Positions 12,331-24,900 of a stretch of 64,000 nt of DNA are shown one piece after another (positions within the stretch are counted from its first letter, which is position 1; each line of letters opens with the position of its first letter). The notes beneath the pieces were generated by a model that saw only the letters and a list, made by a program, of their open reading frames with translations, made no database searches and had not been told where the DNA came from. Location: the NCBI GenBank assembly GCA_964247055.1, contig OZ176056.1, positions 6,324,001 through 6,388,000 on the forward strand. Reading direction: 5' to 3'. Both the position numbers and the translations under genes were made by a program. Origin of the DNA: Paragordius varius. Taxonomy: Eukaryota; Animalia; Nematomorpha.

Positions 12331-13407
12331 AAAATCTGTTAATGGTAAACACCTATACAGTTAGTTAAGAATATAGACTGCTTCCCACAGATATCCCACG
12401 AACAAAATGTACCACTGAATGTATAAAGCATGCAAGACGCGACTCTGACGAGAGTAGTAGCCAATTATTGTGGGACGACGTCCTGGGAAGCAATGTTGAA
12501 GCCGCTGATATTTGAGCAGGGCTGGTTACCAATCTCCGACATCTCTGTTGGTCGGAGTTGAGACTTAGCTCAGAGCAAGCTCAACGACCACTTATCCCGG
12601 GTTAGCGTCCCAGTTGAAGGTACAACTGAAACATGGTCGCACGAAAGGGTAACGTTGACGCTTGTAATGTCTAATATCTCCAAAATTGGTTTACCTAAAG
12701 GCCATACTCATTTAGAAGCAAAAGATGACCCCCTTCCACACCAAAGATAAGAGCTTAAAATTAACTCTACATTTGACCCGACATAGACCTTTGACATTAC
12801 TTTATGGAGTAAGGATCAAACTCTGTTTGTACGGTTATTTAAACTCAAATATTGCTTTTACCTACCTAACAAGGCGAAATTAACATTTCTTTTAATATAT
12901 ATATATATATATATATAGCTTAATAACTATACTAACTCACATTAACACATCTAACATGAAGGCATTTATTTATGCATGTAGATACTAACGTCAAACCCAA
13001 CCTCCGATGTGTTTCCCCGCTCTGAAGCTCAATGCATTACGGGTGGGTAGGGATTGCCTTGACGGCAGGTGGCCGACGATCTTCCGACGCTACACCCTTT
13101 ACTTGTTTACATGAGTATAATGATTATTTACAAAATTATGAGATAAAAACTACCCAAAAATTAAACTAGGAAAGGTGAAAAGTTAACAAAGTATTTAATA
13201 TGCATACCAACTACTACAGACAATTTTTTTTTAGTTGTATTGTTTTTTTTAAACAGAAGCATTCCATTTAATTGTTGCCGAATGTAAAAACGGTTTTTCT
13301 CCACATTCTACCATATAAGTTTGTATGAGTAATAACATATAAAATAAAACCTAAATAATTCGTAAAAATGTTTGTTTGAATTACAAATTATTAGAGTAAA
13401 AATTAAT

Positions 13408-13642
13408 ATTATGCGGACAAAATGTAAAATTAAAAGACAAATATTCTTTTATAAAAGACAACCATACTTTTTAATTATTTTATCTATAACTCATTAAATT
13501 ATTATAAAATAGAAATTTATATTGCTAATACAATCAATGACATTTTACGATTGCTATTAAATGGTTTTAATAACATATATTAGGGGTTATTAAAGTACGG
13601 TTGTCTTTTTAAAAAAATATTTTTACGTTTTGTCCGTATAAT
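13408..13642. mobile_element. MITE family M2 (TIR ATTATACGGACAAAAC...GTTTTGTCCGTATAAT)
   Basis: Long imperfect inverted ends around a short AT-rich core. Further copies at ~29329-29589, ~29708-29943 and ~31466-32291. Confidence 0.75.
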
Positions 13643-13829
13643 TTCAATTTGTTGTGATATATAAATGTATATTACACATTAATGTTGCCCATTTAACATT
13701 ATTATTGGACAAGATAATGTAGTAGATGTCAGAAACCAATTCTCTCCATAATTAAACAGCAAAATAAATGTCGTAGAATAAAAAAATGTTTGATTTCAAC
13801 CATTTAAATGTTTTTACCCATACGATATT

Positions 13830-14101
13830 ATACCATTTAAAATTCAATTTCACCTTTAAACAATAAAATATTACCCTCGAACACAAATTAACCCTGAAAT
13901 AAATTACATTTTTTTATATAAAAAATTACCCATATTTTGTTATATTATAAAAAAATAAACTGTATAAAATTAATACTAAAAAAATAATAAACTTTGCGAT
14001 AATATATTTCAGATTAATAATGAGTTATATTAGATCGAAACACAAATTTTTTTAGGGTAAATATGAATTGTTCGAGGGGGAATTTGAATTGTAAATGGTA
14101 T
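13830..14101. mobile_element. MITE family M1 (TIR ATACCATTTACAATTCAAATTCACCC, subterminal tandem repeats)
   Basis: Inverted ends ACCATTTA...TGTAAATGGTAT; the same family recurs at ~20470, ~25500, ~27953, ~40412, ~52915 and ~58533. Confidence 0.75.
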
Positions 14102-14148
14102 ATTACGCCATTGGCCAAAATAATGTGAATTGGCCAACATAAATACGC

Positions 14149-14151
<3 letters not shown>

Positions 14152-14194
<43 letters not shown>
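14152..14194. repeat. (TA)n microsatellite
   Basis: Uninterrupted TA run. Other TA runs at ~12894-12916, ~19779-19817, ~25216-25236 and ~57182-57215. Confidence 0.95.
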
Positions 14195-14197
<3 letters not shown>

Positions 14198-14374
14198 TTA
14201 GGGACTTTCTATTAATCATTGTTTAAAAAAAACTGATTTAGATTTTCAAAATCGGTATAATTAAAATCTTAGAATCCATTCTAAATATATCCGATCAATA
14301 TACATGCGATCATAAACTTGTATAAATTTATAATTATATATTGAATTAAAGATATATTAATCTGAAAATCATAC

Positions 14375-15056
14375 TAGAGGCGTAGAAACTAATTGTTGAT
14401 CAATAAATTCTTGGTAAATTAATTGATCACTCGGAAAATTCCATTGTAAATAGATATCATTTCCATCCTGGTATATTTCAATCAAAGGGCTTTTAACCTC
14501 TGGACAAAATAAATTAAATGTTAAGTAGTTTAGGACACTTTTTTACCATACCCTTTATCTAGGATAGATATTATGATATTTTACCCTCCAAAAAAAATGG
14601 GGCGAAGCACGCCATATTGAAAAAACTAAATGTGCTAAGTTTTAGCTTTTATTAATTAAAACTCTACACAAACTGCCTCGCGGGCCGCATTCGAAGTATA
14701 TATGAGCATTTAAAATTACTTTATTATATTTCAAACATAATACAGCAAAATGACTTCTTTCTAGTTCCTGTCAATTGGATAGAATTATTAATAAAAAATT
14801 GTTAAGATATTATATTTTGCTAGTAAAAAGCAGTATAAATTGCTAAAAATACTGCAAATATTATATTTTATCATAAAAGTGGTCTATAAGTAACTACAAA
14901 AAAATTTAAGTAGACATCATTACCATACTTAATCACAACGGTATGATTTCGTATTTTATTCACATCAGTGAAATTTAATTCCATCATTTGTCCATAATCA
15001 AACTGTGTAGTAAAACAAGGGTCATTTTCAAAAGCTTGTTGACTTGACGTGTTAGT
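14375..15056 (-). CDS. Two candidate exons of an unidentified gene (15056-14924, 14499-14375)
   Basis: TTTGCAG and TGTCCAG acceptors, GTAATG and GTATGA donors, phase-consistent join: TNTSSQQAFENDPCFTTQFDYGQMMELNFTDVNKIRNHTVVIKY-EVKSPLIEIYQDGNDIYLQWNFPSDQLIYQEFIDQQLVSTPL. The second exon loosely resembles the start of an FN3 domain. Flanking exons were not found. Confidence 0.3.
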
Positions 15057-15692
15057 CTGCAAATGTTAAAAATTAAATTAAACCATACAAATTTATAAAG
15101 AAAAGTTTTATATTAAATTATATTATTTAATTATAATGGTTCGATTCTTGTATTCTATCATTAGAAATAATAAAGAAAGAATGCGAGCTCTTAGGTGTGG
15201 GCCGGACCCAATCATTTTAAATTCAAAAAAATTCATTTGTATTGAGCTAATATTCTGTTATGCCATAAAATTCCTTTCAAAAATTTATTACCTTATGGGT
15301 AGTTTTCTACCAAATTTAAAAATCCTTTTTAATATCAGTCTATAAAAAATTTGTTTATTAGGTACAAAAAATGGAAAATTGTAACCTCTCCGCAATTTTG
15401 TGCCATTTAAATAAAAAAACTGGCAATTTAAAGTCTATATTTGTGGTTAAAAAATAATGATCCATTTATTTGCCTTTTGACTGCATTTTTTACAATAATT
15501 TTACGAAGTTACCGTTTCTTTTATAAATTTGGGTGTTAATAAGTACCGAACTAACAAAACTACAGCAGATAATAGAAGCTATTTATACCTATATAAATAT
15601 ATGTTTGACCCATTTTAAAAAACAACTTCTAAATTGGTTTTATACAAAAGAGGCGGATTTACTACCCCACTTAGTTTTAAAATGGTATATAC

Positions 15693-18411
15693 CAGGGGTG
15701 GCCAACGAGGTGACCGCGGTCACTTTCGTGACCGCGACAACTCAAAAAGTGACCGCCTGAAAATATTTTTTTTTAAAAAATTTTATTGATTTTTTTCGGA
15801 TAGTTGGCTACTTCTGAGCGAATTTAAATTTAAAATACAAAAAAATACGGTTTAAATTAAAAAAAACGTCTAAGAAAAGGGTGTAAAAAAATTATTTTAT
15901 CAATTATAATTCATATGTTTTGGAGCATTTGCATTAAAACTTAAAATCAGTCATTTCCCTTGAATATATCAAAACTTTGAGCAAAGCTTATTCATAAATC
16001 AGAAGCATAATCGTGAAGTTAGATTTGATTTGATACACCAAAAGTAGGTTTTTAAAACTTATATTTTAGAATGAGCCAAAAAAAGTTGTACAGATACAAG
16101 AAAGATTGGGAGCAATAATACTTTTTATTATGATAAATGAAACAACCTGTCTAATATGCAATAGTACTGTTGCTTTGCCCAAAAAGTCAAATATTAAAGA
16201 CATTATAGATCTCTGCATCCACATTACTCCAAAAACTACCCCTTACAAACTCAAGAACGCAACATTAAAGTAAAGGAATTAAAAGAACAATTATCCGCCT
16301 CACAAAATAGCATACTTAAATACATCAAAGACTATAAAAATGCTACGATTGCTTCATTCAAGGTAGCGGAAATACTCATTCGGAACAATAAGCCATTCCA
16401 AGATGGTGAAATATTTAAAGAAGCCTTTATTAGCGCTTGTGATATTTTATTTGAAAATTTTGATAACAAAAATAATATTATGACAGCTATTAAAAGCATA
16501 AGCTTATCGAGAAATACCGTTATGCGCAGGGCTGAAGATTTTAGTAATAATCTTGATGAAATTTTACATGAAAATATTAATAACTGTATTTTTTTTCCTT
16601 GCAACTCGATGAGTCCACCGATTATGTTGGAATCGCCCAATTATGCATTTTCGTATGATATTTAGTGATTTATCTGCAAAGGAGGAATTATTAACTCTAA
16701 TACCTCTCCACGAACGAACCAGAGGGCAGGATATTTTTGATTCTTTTTATAAATTTATCACAGATACGAAACTTCCCATCGTAAAACTCGCATCTATAAC
16801 TACTGATGGAGCTCCAGCTATGATTGGCGTTAACAACGGCTTTATCGCTTTATGTAAAAATCACAGTGCATTTCCCAAGATCATTGATTGCCATTGTATA
16901 ATCCATAATCAAGTTTTATGTTCAAAAGTTTTAAAATACCATCATGTAATGAACCCCTGTTTTAAAATTGTTAACGCCATTCGAACAAAAAGCTTGTCCC
17001 GCCGCCAATTTCGAATTTTGTTCGGTGTGGAATATGGAGAACTTTTATTACATACTGATGTAAGGTGGTTGAGTCGTGCCGCATTTTTAATTAGATTTAG
17101 GCAACTTTTACCACAAATTAAAATTTTTTTAGAGAATTCTAAATTTTCATACCCTGAATTGAAAGATCAAGATTGGCTGCTTGATCTTGCAATTTTATGC
17201 AATATCACGGAAAAATTGCATAAATTAAACATCCAATTACAAGGAAAAGATAAAACAATGATGGATATGATGGGTGCTTTAAAATCTTTTAAGGAAACAC
17301 TAACAGTAGTAGAAACACAATTAAAAAACCGAGATTTAAAACATTTTTTTAATCTGGCAGCGGTGTCTGAAAAAATAGAGAATCTCTCTTTTGAAAAATA
17401 TGCAGATGATATTGGTCTGCTTATTAATGATTTTGAAAAACGATTTTCATCTATAAATAAACTTGAAGACATCGCTATTTTTTTATCATGCCCATTTAAT
17501 AATAATAATAATGTTGAATATATTGCTCAAAAACTCAGCCACTTTCTTGGTGTACCAAATTTAGCAGAGTTGGAAGAGGAATTAATAAATGTTAAATGCG
17601 ATATCCATCTAAAATCATTAGGATCTGATATATATAAATTTATAAATAAAGATAAATACCCCCATATTTGGAAAACCACTGCATTATTCAATTCTTTTTT
17701 TGGATCCACATATTTATGTGAATCGGCTTTTTCAATTATGAATGCTATCAAAACTAAACAGAGGTCACTATTAACTAATAAACATTTAGAATCATGTTTG
17801 AGAATTGCTTTGACTTCATTTGAACCTAATTTAGATAAACTTTCTGAATTTTTTCGCAGTCGGGCGTTTTAAATATTTTTTTCTTTATTAAATATGGATG
17901 TTTATCGAGTTGTATTTTCGCTTAGGAAAAAGCCGATTTACTAAAAAATATGTGGATAGAATTAAAACTGATACAATTTTAATGTACTCTTATTTATGTT
18001 CAAATTATGGTTCTAAATTGGAATGCTATTTTTTATTTCTTTTATTTTTTGTATCATAATGTATTCTCCCCTGTAATTTCAAATGCATTGTTATTTTTAT
18101 ATTGTAAAATTTCATATAATAGAAATTTATTAAATAAATATTTTGAAGTGTTTTATGTTGGTTAAAAAATTAGGGTAGTTAATAACCCGTTGTCTTTTAA
18201 TTAAAATTATTTTTGTATTTGGTTGATAGATAAAAAAATTACAATTTTAAAATGGTTTAAACAAGTCACTCTAATCTGTAAAGCAGGTATATACATCATT
18301 TAAAGTGTTGATTGAGTTTTTTTGATAAATATTTCTGGGTGACCGCGAACTCTTTTTTTAACAAAAAAGCCAAAAAAAAAGCTCGCGACAAAAAAAGTGT
18401 GGCCACCCCTG
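15693..18411 (+). mobile_element. Full-length hAT DNA transposon, Buster/SPIN (GTF2IRD2-like) type, 2719 bp
   Basis: Perfect 12-bp TIRs CAGGGGTGGCCA / TGGCCACCCCTG; perfect 8-bp TSD GTATATAC (15685-15692 and 18412-18419); transposase inside. Confidence 0.95.
16071..17872 (+). pseudogene. hAT transposase, frameshifted in the 5' third with an intact 409-aa 3' ORF
   Basis: Reconstructed BED-finger region (W..YFF..TCLIC..RHY..LH), KPFQDGE, LDESTD, TTDGAPAM, HCIIH, HTDVRWLSR and STYLCESAFS (DDE triad and CxxH). One in-frame TAA near 16116 and several 1-bp shifts between 16080 and 16660. Confidence 0.9.
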
Positions 18412-19776
18412 GTATATACGCTTTGCGGGGGGGGGGGTGGTAAAAATTTTGATGAGATATATTTAATATTTATACTGATTTTAAATGAAGCAGGATTTTT
18501 GGTGTTTTTTTGGGACTTACGAGACTTTTTAGAAAGTTATGAACATTTTTGAGTTAAAGAATCAAAATCCAAATATAAGAGCTTATTATATCGTATAAAT
18601 TTTTTTTAGTAGAAGTTAAATATTTCTAATCAAAAAACATCATTGAATCATATTATAATGAATACAATAATTATAATAAATTTAAAATTTTAAACTAAGG
18701 GTCTGAAGCAAATTTCAGCGACCTCTAAAATCGTCTGGTTTCCTTAAAACAGTAAATCGAGATTGTGTGAAAACATTTTTTCATTTAGATTGTGATATTA
18801 GATTTTTATATTTTGTCGTAGGGTGCTTCATTATATTTTAATCATTCGTAAACGGTATACTATTATTTAAATATTATATAAAAGCACCTTTATACTTTGC
18901 TGAATCTAAACATTATTATTACCCTAGAATTTTGAAATACCTGGTTTGCAGATAATAATTTTGAAAAATTCCCCATATTCGAGAGCAAACTAAACTTTTA
19001 ATTAACATTCAGTATTAAAAACGTTCGACATAAAATTAAATAAAAAAAATTTTAATAACATTTTAACATTTTCATCGCCGTTTCTCACGTGTTAAAAAAG
19101 ATATGCATCATAAAATTTGCCAAAATTTCAATTTTGACGAAAAGTATACATTATATATTTTTTTTCTTGTGTCCAAATATCAAAAAATGTTTTCGTGCAA
19201 TCTCGCTAATTGAAGATATATATATCATATTTTAAACAATTATCGGCAACTTTTTATGTCTGATACGTATATTACGCCTGTTAAATATATATTAATAATA
19301 TTATTTGAAATCAAGCATTTAGCCTTTACCATATAAAATATATCTGATTCTATGTTAACTAATTTTGCGATTTTTTATGGTGCCTTTTTTATAAGCCCAA
19401 AAACCTAAAGAACTATGAGGTTTTTATACAATCTATCAGAAGTTATCGATATATATTAGCCATGGTTTGACTAGTTGAAAAACAGATTGATAATATACCT
19501 GAGGAATGTTCTGTACAATCGCTTTATTAAAGGGAAATTCCGTACACACAGTCATAGATTTATTTATATGTTGGGTAAATATTACACGGAATCTTCGATT
19601 TTTGTCTAATAATCATGCATATAAGAAATGTATTAGTTTCAGCAAAACTTGAAATAGAAAAATTAATAATTTATGGAAAAAAATAAAATAACAGGCGAGA
19701 CCGTTTTTTTACAAACTTATGCTAATATTTCAAAGAGTTTAAGGTTAATTTGACAAATCAAAGCCCATTTAAAATC

Positions 19777-19820
<44 letters not shown>

Positions 19821-20469
19821 CAGCCGGACCAATCTTTTATTCTCAAAATCAATTTTGAATAACTGCAGATCAGGAATATTTTGGACCATATCAACATACA
19901 CATGCCTTTTTACATACCGTTGATCAAAAAATTCCTGATTTATATATGTATATATTCTAGAAATAAAACGTATCAGGATTATCATAATTGGTTTGGTTCA
20001 TACAAGTGATTTAAAAAAGTTATTTACACTTTTCTGAATCTCCATATCAGAAAATGGCAGGACTTTTGTTCAATAATTATTTTGGTTTATATGCTTCAAA
20101 TACCAACATACATTTAACGTGTAAAAATCAGAATAATATTATTGTAAAAATAAAATTTTTGGATGTAAGCTCCGAAAGTTCCAAATATTTTCACCCATCT
20201 TTGGCTGTTATCTTAGAGTGAACGAAAAAATACCAACATTGCGCAACTTGATATAAGTAAGTTACCGAAAAAATGAATTTAAAATTTAATTTATAGCAAA
20301 ATCTTGTGTACCGTTTTTCATTTCATATTAAGGCACGAGAAAGGCATAAATACTTTTGTAAAAAACTTTTTTCTTTATAATTCGACAATGCTTAACATTA
20401 TAATAAAAAATGAATATTTCAATAAAATTGAAATGATAGTATGCAGCATCATTGTATAGATAAGTCTAT

Positions 20470-20735
20470 ATATCCATTTACATATTCACCCTTGAACGAA
20501 AATTCACCTTAAAATAAATAGGGTTTTTTGAATAAAATTATATCAATTTTTTTATTTTTTAAGTATGAAATTTCTTTTAAAATTATTAATAAAGAAAATA
20601 ATAAACTATACCATAATGATATATTTCCTATTAATGAGTTATATTAGCTAGATAACACAGAATTATTTTCGGGTGAATTTGATTTCGAAAGTGTATTTAA
20701 ATTGTTCAAGGGTGAATTAAATTGTAAATGGTATA
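20470..20735. mobile_element. MITE family M1 copy
   Basis: ATATCCATTTACATATTCACCCTTGAAC ... GTTCAAGGGTGAATTAAATTGTAAATGGTATAT inverted ends. Confidence 0.75.
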
Positions 20736-21996
20736 TGCATTTTTTTCCGTTGCTATATTGAAATAGAATAAAGCACGCTTCAATAAATTTTGGTATAAAT
20801 TAATTCAACATAACCATTTTTAGGAAAAAAACTTTTTTTAATGTCAAACTTAACATATATTAACTTATATCGCGAGATATAGCGTTTTTGCATTTATTTT
20901 AGAGAATTAATCCATTTTAAAATGGAGACAAATTTAAACTTTCGAGACCACATTTATTTTGCTTTAATATATAGTTTATGATATATTTAGGTGATATTTT
21001 TATAATTTTTACTTAAGCAAATTTAATAATTAAATTTTAACTATAATTTTAACACAAAGTTTTGTTTCACCGCACTGGGGATCAAAATAATAAGCAATCA
21101 AACGTTATGATATTTATAAAAGTCGCAGATGCGGAACATTTTGATCATTCAAATATTTATTAAAATATTTGTTGGTCTTAAAATTAACAAAAAAAATTTA
21201 CGGAAATTGTCCAAATTGAAAAACCCAAATTATACTTTGCTTTAAATTAAAAAACCATAATATTTCATAAAAATTGCATAGATATCATTAAGCAAAATAT
21301 CTGTTTTTTTTCTAAAAAAATTATATGCTTAAAACTTTTATATCGCTCAATCTTGGCCCCTTTTAGGAGAGTAGCCATTTAGAAAAGAGCAATAATCTAG
21401 GATTTTTTGACATTACATATAATAAAAGATTTAAAAATATTGACTTGATTTTTAGTAAATCCTATAAAAGTATTTTATTGAAACGATGCACATAGCTTTC
21501 GCCAAAAAATTTTATTTTCACCAAAGATGCTCAAGTTTCACCATTTTATGTGGATGTTACCACCATAGTGTAAATAACTTTCTTAAATTACTCGTAAAGT
21601 TAATAGTTTAAAAGATCCTCATATACCTTATATATTTTTCCTCATATATCATATTAATCAGATTTTTGAGGACACTATGTAGATTTAATTTGCAAATAAA
21701 TTATTAAATTACTTACTATGCCTGTATTGATTATAGGATATTAGCATCTGCCCATCAAGAAAGACAATGAATACAGTTAATATTAAAAAGATAAAAAAAT
21801 TCATTTTTAAATATTATTTAATTTTCCAAATTTATATAGATTTGCAAACGAGTACAGACACAAGAATAAAACAGTACAAAAAAACACATTTAATTAGTAT
21901 AGTTCATAACTATTATAAACCTTTATTTCATAATAATAATAACTATAAATATCTCACAAATTGTTTTCATGTTTTTATGTGTGAATCTTAAAATAA

Positions 21997-24900
21997 ATGT
22001 TTTTACGGGCTAGGGCAAATACCGTCGATAGTTGTTACAGGTTTATTCCGTATATTCTATTTTTAGTCTGAATGAACTTGTTTACATAAATAATGTAAGT
22101 GCCATAAAATGCTGCTCCTTAAATGGCGAATTGTTCAAGGAAGAGACTGCTCATAAAGATGACAAATATAATATTATGAATTTGGTAAAGATAAAGTTAA
22201 TCCAATTAGGCATTAAAAATGACAAAAAATAGGTGTAATAATTTGATGCTGTACCAAGAACAAATGCAGAAAGAGTTACAAGAATTAACTGCTTCTTTAT
22301 TTGAGGTTAATATTTTTTACAAAATATAAGGAGGCAAATAAAATGGTTCAGGAAGCGAATCTCGAGAGGGTAAAAAGCGAAAAGCGTTATTTAGAAGCCA
22401 AAAATAAAGTATGTATATTAATTAAATGACTAACCTTATTTTTGATCTTCTACTTTTTTATATAGGTGGATATTCTTGAAGCTGAAGTTCAGGCCTTAAA
22501 ACTATTGGTTCTCCATACAACTCCTAGTAACTGGTCTAAGGTTAAGAAAGATCAGAAAACTAAATGTCAAAAAAATATAAGTGACAATACCCAATGTATA
22601 TCTTCGGCACCCAAAAATGCATTTAATAATCCTCGAACAAGCAATAATAATAATAATAATATCGAAATTTCAAACAAATATATTTGCAATTGCATGGAAA
22701 ATTCAAATTTTTTTCCTTCATTTGAATATATTGCAGATCCTAACATCACACCTAATGATAAAGTAATTAATATTTCATCATGCAACAAAATTACAAATGG
22801 ACATGATACTTTTGAGGCCAAACATAATAAAAATGCCAGGAATTCTCAAGCGACCATAAACCTTACTTATGATAGTTGTGGTAATAAGCATAAAAGATCA
22901 TTTAGCGTTTTTGATTTGAAAGAAAAGCTATTTGGTGATTCCGCCACCATTAAAACTGAAGGAAATAATATGTGCACTTTAACGAATCAAAAAGGTTTTT
23001 TTTTTTATAAAAAAAACTGTGTAAAAATATTAAATTCTGATACCCAATCTTATCCAATTTTACATAAATTATATTAATCGAATTCTTATAAGAGCCTTTA
23101 AAAAAATATTATAGATGATTCAATTACTCATCAAGTTTTAACCTTTGCCCTTAATTTTTTTTGCCCTTATTATACTACTTATTGGTCAAAAGATTTTAAA
23201 AATTATAAATGATATTTATAGGAATTCATGAGAAGTTTTCATATATTTTTTAGTTATTCCAGATAAAAACTATGGTTTAAATACGTAATTTTAAATTTAA
23301 ATATTATCTCACATTATATCATATTCATACAGGTAACAACATTAATAATGGGAATGATGAGGTTAAAAGCCTAAGTTTACCAATCAACATTCATGCAAAA
23401 AGTAATTTTTTGTAAATAACATTTATTTTTTCTTTTCTATTGTCAGTTTATCCGTATAATTTTTTTAACAAAATTTTTAATATTGTGATAACCGCCATAA
23501 ACTATGTAGGATGTAATTTTTTGTAGTATATGTCAATATATGCTTGAAATTTAATATTATCTACAAATTTATTGTATTTACAGTTGTATTACCTTATCAT
23601 TTCGCTTTGTTAATATGTGTTTTCACTAACCTAAATAATTATCAGTAAAATTGGCAATATATATGTTTGGCCATAAAGGCCAAAATCAACCTTATTTCCT
23701 TCCATTTTTTCATTTTGAATGGCCTCATTTAATTTGGCAGTAATTTAATTTCAATGAGATAAGACGTGTTATACGTATTTTTTACTGTAAAAATTAAGTC
23801 GAAAACATAAGGCGCAATATAAATTTATAATTTTGAACAAGTTTTAATTTATATAGAAATTGATTACGGATATCATTGTTTTAATAATGTTTTTTTCATA
23901 TTATACGAGTCAACACTTAGCTTAAAAATTTGATGTAAAATTTTTGATATATTGATTGTAAGAAAAAATTGTGTGTTTATTTTTTTTTGATAAAATGAAC
24001 CATTTTTAGATCCATTCATATGATATTCTTACGCTTCTTACCCCATATTTATTAATATATAGGTTATACAAAAAAATATAAACTTATATTTTAATCAAAA
24101 ATATTAATTTGACTGTATAAGATATATTTGGAAATTATGGATTTTAAATTTTTTATGGGTCGCGTTTGCCCACCTATGCTGCTTTTGAACAAGAAAGAAA
24201 AACAATTATTGCAATTTATATAAATGGTGATTTTCGTAGAGATTTTCATAAAGTTTGTAACGATGCAATTAATTAATAAGATTTTAAATTCACATTTTAT
24301 TCGTTTTTATAAGGAAAAGTATTTTTTGTTTTCAAAATAATGCCTTTTCATAATATAATATATTATTTAGATTGTCCATATTATGCACAGAAAACAGACA
24401 CCCATATACCGCTCTCCATTTATTCAAATCAACCCAAACATATGATTGAAGTAGGGAACATATTTCATTAGAAAGTTCAAGAAAGATTTATTAACAGTAT
24501 TTCATTCAAAAAAGTGTTGAAAACAAACTTAATTTTAATATATAATTAAAATGAATAATAAGTTTTTTAAAAAAAATTAAGGAAATTTTTTAATAATGTT
24601 TTTCTTTTATCACCAGATTTGAATACGCATTATATTTTTATCAATACAAACACTTTAATTAGAATAATTGTTATTCATTGAAAACATTGTCGAGAATGCC
24701 TTCTAATTACATATTCTATGAATTTGTACTTTTAATTTTAAATAATAATACCTAGTTGGTTTATAATTTGAACTAATGTCTAAGGTATTTTATATATATT
24801 TTTTTATATACAAAATTTTATTAGATTGATCCGGTGTACTTTAAAGAATTTTCGATTTGGCACACAACATGTCCCCGAACATTGCAATATTATAGAGATA

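Noticed and set aside
19820-19985. Minus ORF FFDQRYVKRHVYVDMVQNIPDLQ, reminiscent of a Tc1/mariner DDE segment
   Set aside because: A single weak motif next to a TA microsatellite with no identifiable ends; at most a TE relic.
22196-22232. Alternative fixes for the RAB3IP frame break: a 37-nt intron, or a homopolymer error in the A6 run at 22224-22229
   Set aside because: The 25-nt intron 22185-22209 has a better donor (GTAAAG), needs no sequence error and gives a better match (LALKMTKNRCNNL versus LKLKDEECERL). The alternatives are not strictly excluded.
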